Source: Microcystaceae cyanobacterium (GTDB lineage Bacteria > Cyanobacteriota > Cyanobacteriia > Cyanobacteriales > Microcystaceae). Taken from it: DNA of 36,410 bases. Under the pieces are notes generated by a model that was not told where the DNA came from, made no database searches, and saw nothing but the letters and a program-made list of their open reading frames with translations. Positions 1-9,883 of the stretch are shown piece by piece. The DNA lies in contig JBGTGT010000091.1 in assembly GCA_041746575.1 (NCBI GenBank), positions 1 through 36,410 on the forward strand, in the 5' to 3' direction. Numbering within the stretch: the first letter of the stretch is position 1; each line of letters begins with the position of its first letter. The position numbers and the translations under genes were made by a program.

Positions 1-2
1 TT

Positions 3-141
3 GAAATTCTTTGGCGATTTATGAAGTATCAATGGTTAGATGTCGATGCCTATCAAGATTGGACAAGCTTGGTTTATGCTGTCGAACAAATCTTAAAAGA
101 TTTTGGAACTAAATATGTAATCAATTTTGCCTAAATACTTA
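3..141 (+). mobile_element. 3' end of an IS630-family insertion sequence: transposase C-terminus (stop at 134) plus right terminal sequence; truncated by the window edge
   Basis: Frame from base 3 reads EILWRFMKYQWLDVDAYQDWTSLVYAVEQILKDFGTKYVINFA*, resembling the (I)ExLW-containing C-terminus of cyanobacterial IS630 DDE transposases. It ends in GCCTAAATACTTA (129-141), finishing on a TA dinucleotide, the IS630 target. Not in the ORF track. Confidence 0.8.
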
Positions 142-196
142 ACCTTCCATATCTTTTAATTTATTCCTGAATAGAAACAGGTTTTTCGGTCAAACT

Positions 197-221
197 AAAA
201 GCGCAAGCTAAAAACCTGCGC
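197..221 (-). terminator. Rho-independent terminator of hemH
   Basis: Minus strand GCGCAGG-loop-CTTGCGC followed by TTTT, 30 nt after the hemH stop. Confidence 0.7.
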
Positions 222-251
222 CTCACAATCACTCAAAGTGACTTTGAACCT

Positions 252-1415
252 TTACAACAATCCGACAAAATGAAGGGGTCCGTGACCTGTAATCAACTCA
301 ATTAATAAAGCCAAAAAACCCACCATTGCCAGTCGTCCATTCCAGACTTCGGCGGCTGTTGTCATTCCCCATTCCCATCGTTCTTGAGGATACATCTTCA
401 TATTTTCTTTGGGATGGATTACTTGGTCAAAAGTACAAGGAGACTCCTCTAAAGCGTCTTTGGTCATTTGCGCTAAGGCATTAATAAAGAGGGGATGAGT
501 ATTTAAAGCGGGAACACGCTGAAAATTGTGAATTCCGGCTTCTTCAGCAACTTCTCGATACTCGATATCAATTTCCTGTAAAGTTTCGATATGCTCTGAG
601 ACAAAGCTAATGGGGACAACCACTAAATTTTTAATTCCCCGTTCTCCTAACTCTATTAAAGCGTCTTCCGTGTAGGGTTTTAACCATTCAACGGGGCCGA
701 CTCGACTTTGATACGCTAAGGTGTAATCATTGCCTTTACTAAGGGTTTGCATGATTAAGCGGGTACATTCTTCGATTTCTCGTTGATAGGGGTCTCCTGC
801 TTCGTCAACGTAGCTCTGGGGGACACCATGCGCACTAAAGAAAACGTGAACCTGTTCAGGATGCTCAAATTTCTCTAATTCTTGGGCAATTAAGTCCGCC
901 ATTGCCTGTAAATAGCCCTGGTTATGATACCACGAAGGAATTAAAGTATATTCGATCTGTCTTAAACTGGGGTCTTCTTGCCACATTTCCTCTAGGACTC
1001 GGAAACTTGAACCACTGGTACTAATAGAAAATTGAGGATATAGGGGTAAAATAACCAATTTTTTAATACCATCTCGCTTAATCCTCGCCATTGCTTCCTC
1101 TGTAAAGGGATGCCAATAGCGCATACCAATGTAAACCTGTGCCGTTTGTCCGATTTCTGTCAATTTTTCGGCTAATGCGTCTCCTTGTGCTTCCGTAATC
1201 TGTAGTAGAGGCGAGCCTCCACCAATTTGCAGGTAATTTTCTTGGGATTTATTGGCTCTGAGACTAGAAATAAACCATGCTAACGGTTTTTGTAGCCAAG
1301 GGAAAGGTAAACGGATGATTTCTGGGTCGGAAAATAGGTTGAAGAGGAAAGGACGAACATCCTCTAATTTTTCCGGCCCTCCAAGATTGAGCAATAAGAC
1401 CCCTACGCGACCCAT
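252..1415 (-). CDS. hemH: Ferrochelatase with C-terminal CAB/HLIP-like domain
   Basis: [43 protein letters not shown] and [14 protein letters not shown] motifs; C-terminal [13 protein letters not shown] chlorophyll-binding motif. Start set to the ATG at 1415 (MGRVGV). Confidence 0.97.
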   Translation of the reverse strand: MGRVGVLLLNLGGPEKLEDVRPFLFNLFSDPEIIRLPFPWLQKPLAWFISSLRANKSQENYLQIGGGSPLLQITEAQGDALAEKLTEIGQTAQVYIGMRYWHPFTEEAMARIKRDGIKKLVILPLYPQFSISTSGSSFRVLEEMWQEDPSLRQIEYTLIPSWYHNQGYLQAMADLIAQELEKFEHPEQVHVFFSAHGVPQSYVDEAGDPYQREIEECTRLIMQTLSKGNDYTLAYQSRVGPVEWLKPYTEDALIELGERGIKNLVVVPISFVSEHIETLQEIDIEYREVAEEAGIHNFQRVPALNTHPLFINALAQMTKDALEESPCTFDQVIHPKENMKMYPQERWEWGMTTAAEVWNGRLAMVGFLALLIELITGHGPLHFVGLL

Positions 1416-1450
1416 AATGTTAGTGTTTCCTGATATCAATTTTCAGATTC

Positions 1451-1499
1451 TTTACCAAGTTTAACAATATATGGCTTCTTCGTTAAAACAAGTAACAGA
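1451..1499. promoter_or_regulatory. Two HLR1-like (RpaB-type) direct-repeat sites in the hemH / methyltransferase divergent promoter
   Basis: TTTACCAA-gt-TTAACAAT (1451-1468) and GTTAAAAC-aa-GTAACAGA (1482-1499) resemble KTTACAWW-N2-KTTACAWW with mismatches. Confidence 0.4.
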
Positions 1500-1535
1500 A
1501 GACACCATTTGTAACATTTATATGGAGAAAAATCA

Positions 1536-2159
1536 ATGGCAACGATTTTACGGACATGGAGTTACCAGTATCCTTGGTTATATGACGGAATCTCTCGTTT
1601 AGCAAGTATTAGCGTGGGAGGAGACCGTCGTTTTCGTCAATTAGCCTTACAAGGATTGACCCTTAATGCCCATAGTACCATCCTAGACCTTTGTTGTGGT
1701 GGAGGTCAAACCACTCGTTATTTAGTCAAAATGTCTGACCAAGTGACGGGATTAGATGCGTCGCCAGTAGCGTTAAAACGGGCAAAAAAAGCCGTTCCGA
1801 AGGCAAATTATGTGGAAGGCTTGGCTGAGGCTCTTCCCTTTGCCGATAACACTTTCGATCTTGTGCATACAAGTGTTGCGTTACATGAAATGACCGAAAC
1901 GCAATTATCGCAGATTTTTCAGGAAGTTTATCGAGTTTTAAAGCCAGAGGGGAATTTTGCTTTTATTGATTTTCATTCGCCGACTAATCCTTTATTTTGG
2001 CCTCCTTTAGCCGTTTTTATGGCACTTTTTGAAACAGAAACGGCTTGGCACTTACTAAAAATGGATTTAGTCCAACAACTACAGGCTATTGGCTTTCGGG
2101 ACTGTCGACAAAAACTTTATGGGGGAGGAAGTTTGCAAGGGGTTCAGGCTAAGAAATAA
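1536..2159 (+). CDS. Class I SAM-dependent methyltransferase (UbiE/Methyltransf_11-like)
   Basis: ILDLCCGGG motif I, GLDAS, LPFADNTFDLV, RVLKPEG. Confidence 0.9.
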   Translation: MATILRTWSYQYPWLYDGISRLASISVGGDRRFRQLALQGLTLNAHSTILDLCCGGGQTTRYLVKMSDQVTGLDASPVALKRAKKAVPKANYVEGLAEALPFADNTFDLVHTSVALHEMTETQLSQIFQEVYRVLKPEGNFAFIDFHSPTNPLFWPPLAVFMALFETETAWHLLKMDLVQQLQAIGFRDCRQKLYGGGSLQGVQAKK

Positions 2160-2230
2160 GATGATGGGGAGGGGTTGATTTTCAATGCCTACTCTTACGA
2201 ACTAATATCTGCATATATTGCCAATTTTTT

Positions 2231-2782
2231 ATGACTAAGGCCAAATTGTTACAGCCTGACTTGATTTTGGGGGATACAATCATCCATCTTACCCCTGCTA
2301 TCTTAAGCCATTATAATCTGCAAGGATTAGTGCTAGATGTGGATGAAACGCTTGTTCCGATGAAGGAATCGATCGCTTCGTCGGAATTACAAGATTGGGT
2401 GGTAACAATAAGGCGTTTTGCTTCGATTTGGCTTGTCAGTAACAACATTAGTGGATATCGCATCAAAAAAATTGCTGAATCTCTTGATTTGCCCTATTTT
2501 TCGGGTGCAGGGAAACCGTCACGGCGTAAGTTACGACAGGCCATTCGAGCAATGGATCTACCCGTTTCGCGAGTTGCTATGGTGGGAGATCGGCTATTTA
2601 CTGATGTTTTAGCGGGAAATCGAATGGGAATGTTTACTATTCTCGTTGAACCCATGGTTGACTCTGCTAAAGCCGTTCGTGCTTATCCAATTCGTAATTT
2701 GGAGGTTTGGATATCGCAAAAATTAGGAGTATCCCTCAGTCATTCGCAACATAAATTTACAAAACCTGACAAATTTTCATAA
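2231..2782 (+). CDS. YqeG-family HAD IIIA phosphatase
   Basis: LVLDVDETL, LVSNN, AGKP and MVGDRLFTDVLAGNRMG motifs. Confidence 0.9.
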   Translation: MTKAKLLQPDLILGDTIIHLTPAILSHYNLQGLVLDVDETLVPMKESIASSELQDWVVTIRRFASIWLVSNNISGYRIKKIAESLDLPYFSGAGKPSRRKLRQAIRAMDLPVSRVAMVGDRLFTDVLAGNRMGMFTILVEPMVDSAKAVRAYPIRNLEVWISQKLGVSLSHSQHKFTKPDKFS

Positions 2783-2848
2783 ATCAAAATATAAAAACAT
2801 TGTTAAGAAATGGGAAAATTACCCTAGTTTGAGTAATACTATCTATTA

Positions 2849-2960
2849 GTTCAAATGGGGTCAGCTAATATAAAGACCCTAACTATAAAAAACGTAAATA
2901 AATAGCGAATGCGCCAGTAAAGAGAATTTAACTCTAGATCTGGCGTGATTTTAGTTTTTA
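2849..2960 (+). ncRNA. Candidate small RNA or structured leader
   Basis: TACTAT -10-like hexamer (2837-2842), hairpin GGGTC/GACCC (2858-2879), GC-rich terminator-like hairpin GCGCCAG..AGAG/CTCT..CTGGCGT (2911-2946) followed by a T-rich tract. Confidence 0.35.
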
Positions 2961-3014
2961 AAACCGAATTTAGCTAAAAATTAATATAATGACTTAGATA
3001 ATTAATTATTATTT

Positions 3015-5138
3015 ATGCTCAAAATATTTGTTGATCGCGGCGGAACATTTACGGATATAGTCGCAGTAACCGATCAAGTTAATCTAATTGATCAATTATC
3101 TGATCGCCCTGAACGCTTTTTAATTGTTCCCTTGACTGAGCGGAAATGGGTAATTCTCTATAAATTGCTCTCAGAAAATCCCGAATCTTATCAAGATGCC
3201 GTTATTCAAGGGATTCGAGACATTTTGGGTTTAAAATCAACCGATAATCTGTCTAGCCAAGAGATTGAAGTGATCAAAATGGGAACAACAGTGGCGACAA
3301 ATGCCTTACTCGAAAGAAAAGGCGATCGCACGGTATTATTAATAACAAAAGGGTTTAAAGATGCCTTACGAATTGGTTATCAAAACCGTCCCAATATCTT
3401 TGCGCGTCAAATTATTTTACCTTCAATGTTGTACGAAAAAGTGATAGAGGTAGAAGAAAGATATGATGCCCATGGTAATGAATTAATTCCCGTAAATATT
3501 GCTCAAGTTGAACAGAATTTAAGTCAAGTTTATACAGCAGGAATTAGAAGTTGTGCTATTGTTTTGATGCACAGTTACCGTTACCCCGACCATGAAAATC
3601 AAGTCGCTGAAATAGCGCAAAAAATGGGTTTTACTCAAATTTCAATTTCCCATCAAGTAAGTCCACTGATGAAATTAGTGGCAAGGGGAGACACAACGGT
3701 GGTGGATGCTTATTTATCCCCCCTTTTAAAGCGTTATATCAATCAGGTTTCCTCGCAAGTACCTGATACCCATTTGATGTTTATGAAATCCGATGGAGGA
3801 TTGATTGATTCAAATAAATTTGAAGGAAAAGATAGTATTTTATCGGGGCCAGCAGGGGGAATTGTTGGCGCAGTTCAAACCAGTTTAAGAGCCGGCTTTA
3901 CTAAGATAATAAGCTTTGATATGGGGGGAACAAGCACCGATGTCTCCCATTTTAAAGGGGACTATGAACGACAAATTGATAATGAAATTGCCGGCATTAG
4001 AATTCGCATTCCTATGTTATCTATTCATACGGTTGCCGCCGGCGGAGGGTCTCTTTTATTCTATGATGGAACTCGTTTTCGAGTAGGTCCAGAATCAGCC
4101 GGTGCTAATCCGGGGCCGGCTTGTTATCGTCGAGGAGGGTCTTTAACTGTTACTGATGCGAATGTGATGTTAGGTAAAATTCAACCTCAATATTTTCCTC
4201 ATATCTTTGGTGAAGCGGGTAATTTACCTTTAGATAAAGAAATTGTTTTAAAGAAATTTAGTCAACTCTGTCAAGAGATTAACCGCACGACTGACCGGCA
4301 AAATGCGCCGGAGGAAATAGCGGCAGGATTTCTAAAAATTGCCGTAGAAAATATGGCCAATGCCCTTAAAAAAGTATCGTTGCAACGGGGTTATGATATT
4401 ACCGATTATACTTTAACTAGCTTTGGGGGTGCAGGCGGTCAAGTCTGTTGTTTAATTGCAGAAACATTAGGCATTAAGACGATTTTTATTCATCCCTATG
4501 CAGGGGTTTTAAGTGCTTATGGGATGGGATTAGCGGATAGTCGTATCATTAAAGAAAGTGCAGTAGAGAAGCCTTGGGATAAAAATTTAGTCTCTGAATT
4601 GATTTCTATTTTTAGCGATTTAGAACAGAAAGGCAGAGAAGAATTGACTCCTTCACGGGATATTCACCAAGAAGAAGTGAGTCGAAAAGTCAGTTTAAAA
4701 TATCAAGGCACCGATTCGACCTTGTTGGTTAATTTCACTGAACTTATAGATAGCATGAGGCAAGATTTTGAAGCTCAGCACCACACTCGTTATGGTTTTA
4801 TTCAACCTCAAAAATCCCTTATTGTTGAGTCTATATCGGTAGAAATAATTCAAAAAATGGATACCCCCAACGAAGCAAAAATCTTACGAACTCGACCGCT
4901 TTCGGAACCCCCACAACCGTTAGAAACGGTACCAATGTTTACCCATCAAACGTGGTATGATACTCCTGTTTATCGGCGAGAAGAATTACAGGCGGGAGAC
5001 GGTATTAAAGGAACGGCGATTATTATTGAAAAAATTAGTACCCTTGTCATTGAACCTCACTGGCACGTTCAATTGACAGAAGATAATCACCTTATCCTAA
5101 CTTTTATGAAATCGATTGAAAGGAAATTTTTTGATTGA
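3015..5138 (+). CDS. Hydantoinase A / 5-oxoprolinase ATP-binding subunit (N-terminal half only)
   Basis: VDRGGTFTD, MGTTVATNALLERKG, SGPAGG, FDMGGTSTDV, AGGGS, GPESAGANPGPACY and FGGAGGQ motifs; no hydantoinase B domain follows. Confidence 0.92.
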   Translation: MLKIFVDRGGTFTDIVAVTDQVNLIDQLSDRPERFLIVPLTERKWVILYKLLSENPESYQDAVIQGIRDILGLKSTDNLSSQEIEVIKMGTTVATNALLERKGDRTVLLITKGFKDALRIGYQNRPNIFARQIILPSMLYEKVIEVEERYDAHGNELIPVNIAQVEQNLSQVYTAGIRSCAIVLMHSYRYPDHENQVAEIAQKMGFTQISISHQVSPLMKLVARGDTTVVDAYLSPLLKRYINQVSSQVPDTHLMFMKSDGGLIDSNKFEGKDSILSGPAGGIVGAVQTSLRAGFTKIISFDMGGTSTDVSHFKGDYERQIDNEIAGIRIRIPMLSIHTVAAGGGSLLFYDGTRFRVGPESAGANPGPACYRRGGSLTVTDANVMLGKIQPQYFPHIFGEAGNLPLDKEIVLKKFSQLCQEINRTTDRQNAPEEIAAGFLKIAVENMANALKKVSLQRGYDITDYTLTSFGGAGGQVCCLIAETLGIKTIFIHPYAGVLSAYGMGLADSRIIKESAVEKPWDKNLVSELISIFSDLEQKGREELTPSRDIHQEEVSRKVSLKYQGTDSTLLVNFTELIDSMRQDFEAQHHTRYGFIQPQKSLIVESISVEIIQKMDTPNEAKILRTRPLSEPPQPLETVPMFTHQTWYDTPVYRREELQAGDGIKGTAIIIEKISTLVIEPHWHVQLTEDNHLILTFMKSIERKFFD

Positions 5139-5901
5139 CGCTGGGTTTAGCAAAACGTTTCCACGCATTTCCCCCTCGTAAAAAGAGTTCCATCCAGCGA
5201 ATTTGAGTTTTGCCGCCATCGACTGACCAACCTGAGCTACCGGGTGCAAAGGCAAGCGTTCCTTCGGGAACTTGAAAACTGCCATCAGAAAAGACAGCAT
5301 CGCTGACTAAATCGCCAATCCGGATAATAACTTTCGTTTGTGGCTCTAAATGAATTCTGTCAGAGGGAATGGTTGTTTTCAGGTTACCATAGCCATCTAC
5401 CCAAGCAATGCGATCGCTGGGGGGATCGGGTATAATATCAGGAGAAAGCGGCTCACCGAGAATAGCCTTATCCCCTTGAGCAATCGCCGCCACCGCTTGA
5501 GGAAACACATCACGAGAGCGAAACTGAGAGCCTCCACGGGAAACATCAAGATTATAAAAGGATTCAGCCGCTTTTTTGATAAATGATAAACTATAACCTG
5601 CCCATACTCCAATGACTTGAACGCCGTTATTGAGCAAGACATAAGTTAACCCTTCCCCTTCATTGTTGGAACGAGATTCAGGGTTATCTTGACGAGGAGC
5701 GCAGTTATGATAGATAAGACGAGAATTAGGGCCAGGATTCAAACCCAGTTGAGCAATCCAAAATCCAGTCGCTAAGGTACTAAAAGGCGGCACCGAAAGG
5801 GGATAAATCGTCGCAGATGGGATTTGTTGTAACAGTCGTTGGCTAACTTCAGCAAAAGCTGGGTCGTTGTTACCATAGTCGGCAATCAGTTGAATGAGCA
5901 T
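5104..5901 (-). CDS. SAM hydroxide adenosyltransferase / chlorinase / fluorinase (DUF62) superfamily protein, atypical active site
   Basis: N-terminal ADYG..DP (cf. TDFG..D), QFRSRDVF (cf. TFHGRDxF), WVDGYGNLKT (cf. IDxFGNxxT), FAPGSSG..MEL; 265 aa, typical length. Confidence 0.8.
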   Translation of the reverse strand: MLIQLIADYGNNDPAFAEVSQRLLQQIPSATIYPLSVPPFSTLATGFWIAQLGLNPGPNSRLIYHNCAPRQDNPESRSNNEGEGLTYVLLNNGVQVIGVWAGYSLSFIKKAAESFYNLDVSRGGSQFRSRDVFPQAVAAIAQGDKAILGEPLSPDIIPDPPSDRIAWVDGYGNLKTTIPSDRIHLEPQTKVIIRIGDLVSDAVFSDGSFQVPEGTLAFAPGSSGWSVDGGKTQIRWMELFLRGGNAWKRFAKPSVNQKISFQSIS

Positions 5902-6007
5902 AAAAACCTTAAAGATGAAGAATAAAAGACTATTTTAATCATAAGGAGCGGAGGTTAAGAAAAGATTGAGATTGTTAGGAAATTCGGCATTTTAGATGAT
6001 GATTATG

Positions 6008-6271
6008 CTAAAATTTTGCCCTTACTGTAAATTCATAATCACTACCCACCTCTAATTGATAGTCGTGGCGTTCCAAAAATCGCCCTAAGGGTTCATAAAT
6101 TAAAGCACGTCCCAAAGAAGGCTGAACAAATAGCTGTCCTCGTCTAAAATACCATTGAAACTGCCATTCATATTGCTCAGCTTTCACTTCTCCGGCCAAC
6201 TTACCCTGTGGCCAAGATTGTTGCGTAATGCGAACATAAGCAATTGTATTTGGTAAATAGTTAGCACCCAC
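6008..6271 (-). CDS. DUF3146-family small cyanobacterial protein
   Basis: PxTIAYVRIT.QSW..G...GEV, WxFxWxF, GRALIxEPLGRFLE..DYQLE.G.DY.F pattern; GTG start. Confidence 0.75.
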   Translation of the reverse strand: MGANYLPNTIAYVRITQQSWPQGKLAGEVKAEQYEWQFQWYFRRGQLFVQPSLGRALIYEPLGRFLERHDYQLEVGSDYEFTVRAKF

Positions 6272-6320
6272 TTGTCTTTTGATTGACCAGAACGTTTAAA
6301 TCATAGCAAAATAACCCTTA

Positions 6321-6766
6321 CTAGTACTTAATGCAGTTATTCATACAAGGTAGTAAATTCTCAAGGGCATAGGGACAAATAGTGGGCAGATGCAGGTCCA
6401 CCCTTTGCCAGTACAATTTCTACAACGTCCTGATAAATTTCTGAAAGCTCCTCTTCTAGTTTGGGTTTCATCGAAGGGCTAATTCGTCGTTTAAGATTCT
6501 TCCTTCCTAAAAGCCACCATTTCCGACTTCCAGTGGCGATCGCACTCAGGTCTATTAGCATAGTCTATCTGTGAACGATGTTCAATCTGTCTTATCAGAA
6601 GACTAGCAACGGTACTGTAATCACTACGCCCCAACGATTCGCTCTCCTCAATCATGTTTTCCCAGTCCAATTTCTCTAAATTTTGCTCCCGCAAAGCTTG
6701 AGCTTGTTTGATTGTCCATTGATAATAGTCCGTCTCGTAAGTTTCTGTCTTCACCGCTTGATTCAT
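6321..6766 (-). pseudogene. DUF29-family protein, two frameshifts
   Basis: YETDYYQW...LDWENMIEE.ESLGRS start; frame shifts at AGGAAG-GAAG-AATC (about 6497-6508, apparent 4-nt duplication) into KNLKRRISPSMKPKL, then shifts again near 6400 into DLHLPTICPYALENLL, the usual DUF29 C-terminal P..CPY.LE.LL motif. Confidence 0.82.
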
Positions 6767-6803
6767 CGGTTAAACTCCTAATACGACTAAGATAATCATT
6801 ATT

Positions 6804-7484
6804 ATGTTTTATCCCTATACAACGGTCATTCTAGCGATAACCTTAGATGGTAAAGTTGCCGATTATCAAAAAAATGCGGCTAGATTTGGCTCAAATAACG
6901 ACAAATTACATTTAGAACATCAAATATCCCTGAGTGATGCTGTTTTATTCGGTGCGGGGACATTAAGAGCCTATCAAACCTCCTTACCCATTACGACCTC
7001 TTCCCTTTTAGAAAAACGACGCCAGCACCATAAGCCCTCTCAACCGATTCATCTTGTTTGTTCGGCTTCTGGTCAGCTTAATCCTCAATGGCGATTTTTT
7101 CAACAACCGATTCCTCGATGGCTATTAACCACGCCGGCAGGACAAAAGAACTGGAATCAGCACAATTATCAGGGGTTTGAACAAATTATCGCCTCAGAAA
7201 GAGTCAGAGATGACTTTGATTGGTCGCACATTTTTAAACATCTTTATTCATGCCATATCGAACGATTAGCAATTTTAGGAGGAGGAACATTAATCGCTAG
7301 TTTACTCGAAGCAGATTTAATTGACGAATGGCAAATTACCCTTTGTCCAGTCATCTTAGGGGGAGAAAATGCGCCAACTTTAGTAGAAGGACAAGGATTT
7401 TTGGCAGAAAAAGCTAAAAAACTAGAACTCTTATCCATAAAAACGATCAGTTCAGAAATATTTCTACATTATCGCAAGAGATAA
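6804..7484 (+). CDS. RibD C-terminal (DHFR-like) reductase-domain protein
   Basis: AITLDGKVA, DAVLFGAGTLR, ILGGGTL, LIDEWQITLCPVILGG; no deaminase domain. Confidence 0.85.
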   Translation: MFYPYTTVILAITLDGKVADYQKNAARFGSNNDKLHLEHQISLSDAVLFGAGTLRAYQTSLPITTSSLLEKRRQHHKPSQPIHLVCSASGQLNPQWRFFQQPIPRWLLTTPAGQKNWNQHNYQGFEQIIASERVRDDFDWSHIFKHLYSCHIERLAILGGGTLIASLLEADLIDEWQITLCPVILGGENAPTLVEGQGFLAEKAKKLELLSIKTISSEIFLHYRKR

Positions 7485-7582
7485 CAGTCATTTAAGAATA
7501 AAGAATCAATGTGAGCCAACTTCTTGAGATATCTAGAAATCACTATATAATAAATAAGGTTATTGTGTGCTAAATAATAAAG

Positions 7583-7783
7583 ATGAACGAATTTTTGGAA
7601 AATGTTTCTCGTTATCCCCGCTATTTTATTACCTTTACTTTAGGAATTTTTTATTCCATTTATGAATGGATTAAACCTTTATTAAAAAATCCATTCACTG
7701 CGATCGCTGTCGGGGGGATTCTCATCGGAGGATTCGCTTTTATCTATTTTACCCTCAAAGCAATGCTAGGATTAACCATTTAA
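7583..7783 (+). CDS. DUF751-family small membrane protein
   Basis: F.ENVSRYPRYFI...LG...FTLKAMLG pattern; usual position upstream of rbfA. Confidence 0.8.
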   Translation: MNEFLENVSRYPRYFITFTLGIFYSIYEWIKPLLKNPFTAIAVGGILIGGFAFIYFTLKAMLGLTI

Positions 7784-7852
7784 GAATTTACCTTCAACAA
7801 GGATTTGTCCAAAATTGAAGCTTAACCTTTAACTAAATTTCTATTGAGCGTT

Positions 7853-8242
7853 ATGGCAACCAGTCGTCGAGTATCCCGCATTTCTTCCTTAATTAAACGG
7901 GAAGTGAGTCAAATGATTTTATCTGAAATTAAAGATGATCGCGTCGGTGCAGGAATGGTAAGTATTACAGATGTAGATGTTTCAGGCGATTTACAACACG
8001 CCACCATTTTTGTCAGCATTTATGGAACGCCTCAAGCCAGAGCAGAAACCATGCAAGGATTGAAATCGTCTTCTGGATTTGTCAGACGAGAATTGAGTCA
8101 TCGGATTCGATTACGACGCTCTCCTGAAATTACCTTTGTTGAAGATACCTCCCTTGAAAGAGGTGATCGCATGATTCACCTGCTCAATCAAATCAAAGAC
8201 ACCTTACCTGATGATACAGAAGATCATGACGAGGAAATTTAA
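7853..8242 (+). CDS. rbfA: 30S ribosome-binding factor A
   Basis: [51 protein letters not shown] at 7853. Confidence 0.95.
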   Translation: MATSRRVSRISSLIKREVSQMILSEIKDDRVGAGMVSITDVDVSGDLQHATIFVSIYGTPQARAETMQGLKSSSGFVRRELSHRIRLRRSPEITFVEDTSLERGDRMIHLLNQIKDTLPDDTEDHDEEI

Positions 8243-8268
8243 GGTAGTTTAATTATATTTATCTAAAA

Positions 8269-9855
8269 ATGCCAGATTTAGACCAACTTAAGCAGAAAAT
8301 CGGTCAAATGATTGTAGTGCGTACCTCTGGTCACTTGTTTGATCATCAAATACGCTACCCCCTTTGGGAAGCCACGCATTTTCAAATAAAACAATGGATA
8401 ACTGAATTAAACATAGGAGGAGTGATCTTATTAGGGGGGAGTGCCGCTGAAGTCAGTCTTAAAACGCAAAAACTACAAAATTGGGCAACAGTGCCTTTAT
8501 TAATCTGTGCCGATGTAGAAGAAGGTGTCGGACAACGTTTCACCGGAGGAACGTGGTTTCCGCCGCCGATGGCGTTAGGAAAAATTGCGCAAAAAGAGTT
8601 AAACTTAGCACAAAATTTAACCCGACAAATAGGAGAAAGCGTCGCTAAAGAAGCGTTAACAATTGGCATCAATTGGATACTGGCACCCGTCGTTGATGTA
8701 AATAATAATCCTGACAATCCTGTGATCAATATTCGTGCTTTTGGTAATGATCCTTATCAAGTTGGTCAATTAGGAAAAGCTTTCATTCAGGGATTACAAA
8801 AATATCCTGTTCTAAGCACCGCAAAGCACTTTCCTGGTCACGGTAATACCACGATTGATTCCCATTTAGAATTACCGATTCTCTCGCAAACGTCAGAAGA
8901 ATTAGAACAAATAGAACTGCCACCTTTTCAAGCGGCTATTACAGCTAATGTTGACAGTATAATGACTGCTCATTTATTGGTAAAAGCATGGGATAATTAC
9001 CTTCCCGTAACCTTGTCAAAAGCTATTTTAACTGACCAACTACGGAAAAAATTAGGGTTTCACGGTTTAATTGTCACTGATGCTTTGGTGATGGGAGGAG
9101 TGACAAAACAGTATTCTGATGAAGAAATTGCGATTAAAGCCGTAGAAGCAGGAGCGGACATTTTATTAATGCCAACCGATCCCGAAGTCGCTATTAATGC
9201 AATCTTCGACGCTGTAAAATCGGGCAGACTAACAATAGAAAGACTAACAGAGTCTTCTAGTCGTATCGCTCAAGCAAAACAGAAAATTTCTTCATTTAGA
9301 CGCCCTCAAGATATCTTTAATTTATCAGAAGAAAAATCAAGAAATCTAGTGGAGACAATCTTAAACTATTCCCTAGAAAAAAGCGAAAGTTTACCCTTAG
9401 CTCAATTAGAGAATAAAGAGGGTCGAAATTTAATTATCATTGATGATTCATTGAATTGCAATTTTTTAGATCGTCAAAGTCCAGCGATTACTATTCCCCA
9501 GCAATATGGCTATGAGTTACAATTAATAGATCATCATTGTTTAAAGAAAATAACTAAAGATAATAAACCTACTTTATTACAAATTTTTCTGAGGGGAAAC
9601 CCTTTTCGGGGTCATGCAGGATTAACTCCAGAAGTCAAAAAAGTTTATCAAAAATTAATTAATTCAGATACAATCAAAGGACTAATAATTTACGGGAGTC
9701 CTTATATTAAAGATTGGTTTTTATCTCAAATTTCCCCAGAAATACCCTATATTTTTACTTATGGACAAATGCTCCAAAGCCAAAAAATTTCCTGTCGGCA
9801 CCTCTTTGGGATGGCAGAAATAAAAGACCCTCAGGATTCTAATTTTGGTTTTTAG
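8269..9855 (+). CDS. Glycoside hydrolase family 3 (NagZ-like beta-N-acetylhexosaminidase / beta-glucosidase)
   Basis: ADVEEG, APVVDVNNNPDNPVINIRAF, KHFPGHG..DSH, IMTAH and IVTDAL motifs. Confidence 0.9.
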   Translation: MPDLDQLKQKIGQMIVVRTSGHLFDHQIRYPLWEATHFQIKQWITELNIGGVILLGGSAAEVSLKTQKLQNWATVPLLICADVEEGVGQRFTGGTWFPPPMALGKIAQKELNLAQNLTRQIGESVAKEALTIGINWILAPVVDVNNNPDNPVINIRAFGNDPYQVGQLGKAFIQGLQKYPVLSTAKHFPGHGNTTIDSHLELPILSQTSEELEQIELPPFQAAITANVDSIMTAHLLVKAWDNYLPVTLSKAILTDQLRKKLGFHGLIVTDALVMGGVTKQYSDEEIAIKAVEAGADILLMPTDPEVAINAIFDAVKSGRLTIERLTESSSRIAQAKQKISSFRRPQDIFNLSEEKSRNLVETILNYSLEKSESLPLAQLENKEGRNLIIIDDSLNCNFLDRQSPAITIPQQYGYELQLIDHHCLKKITKDNKPTLLQIFLRGNPFRGHAGLTPEVKKVYQKLINSDTIKGLIIYGSPYIKDWFLSQISPEIPYIFTYGQMLQSQKISCRHLFGMAEIKDPQDSNFGF

Positions 9856-9883
9856 GGAAATATAATCGAAGGTAAAATAGCAT

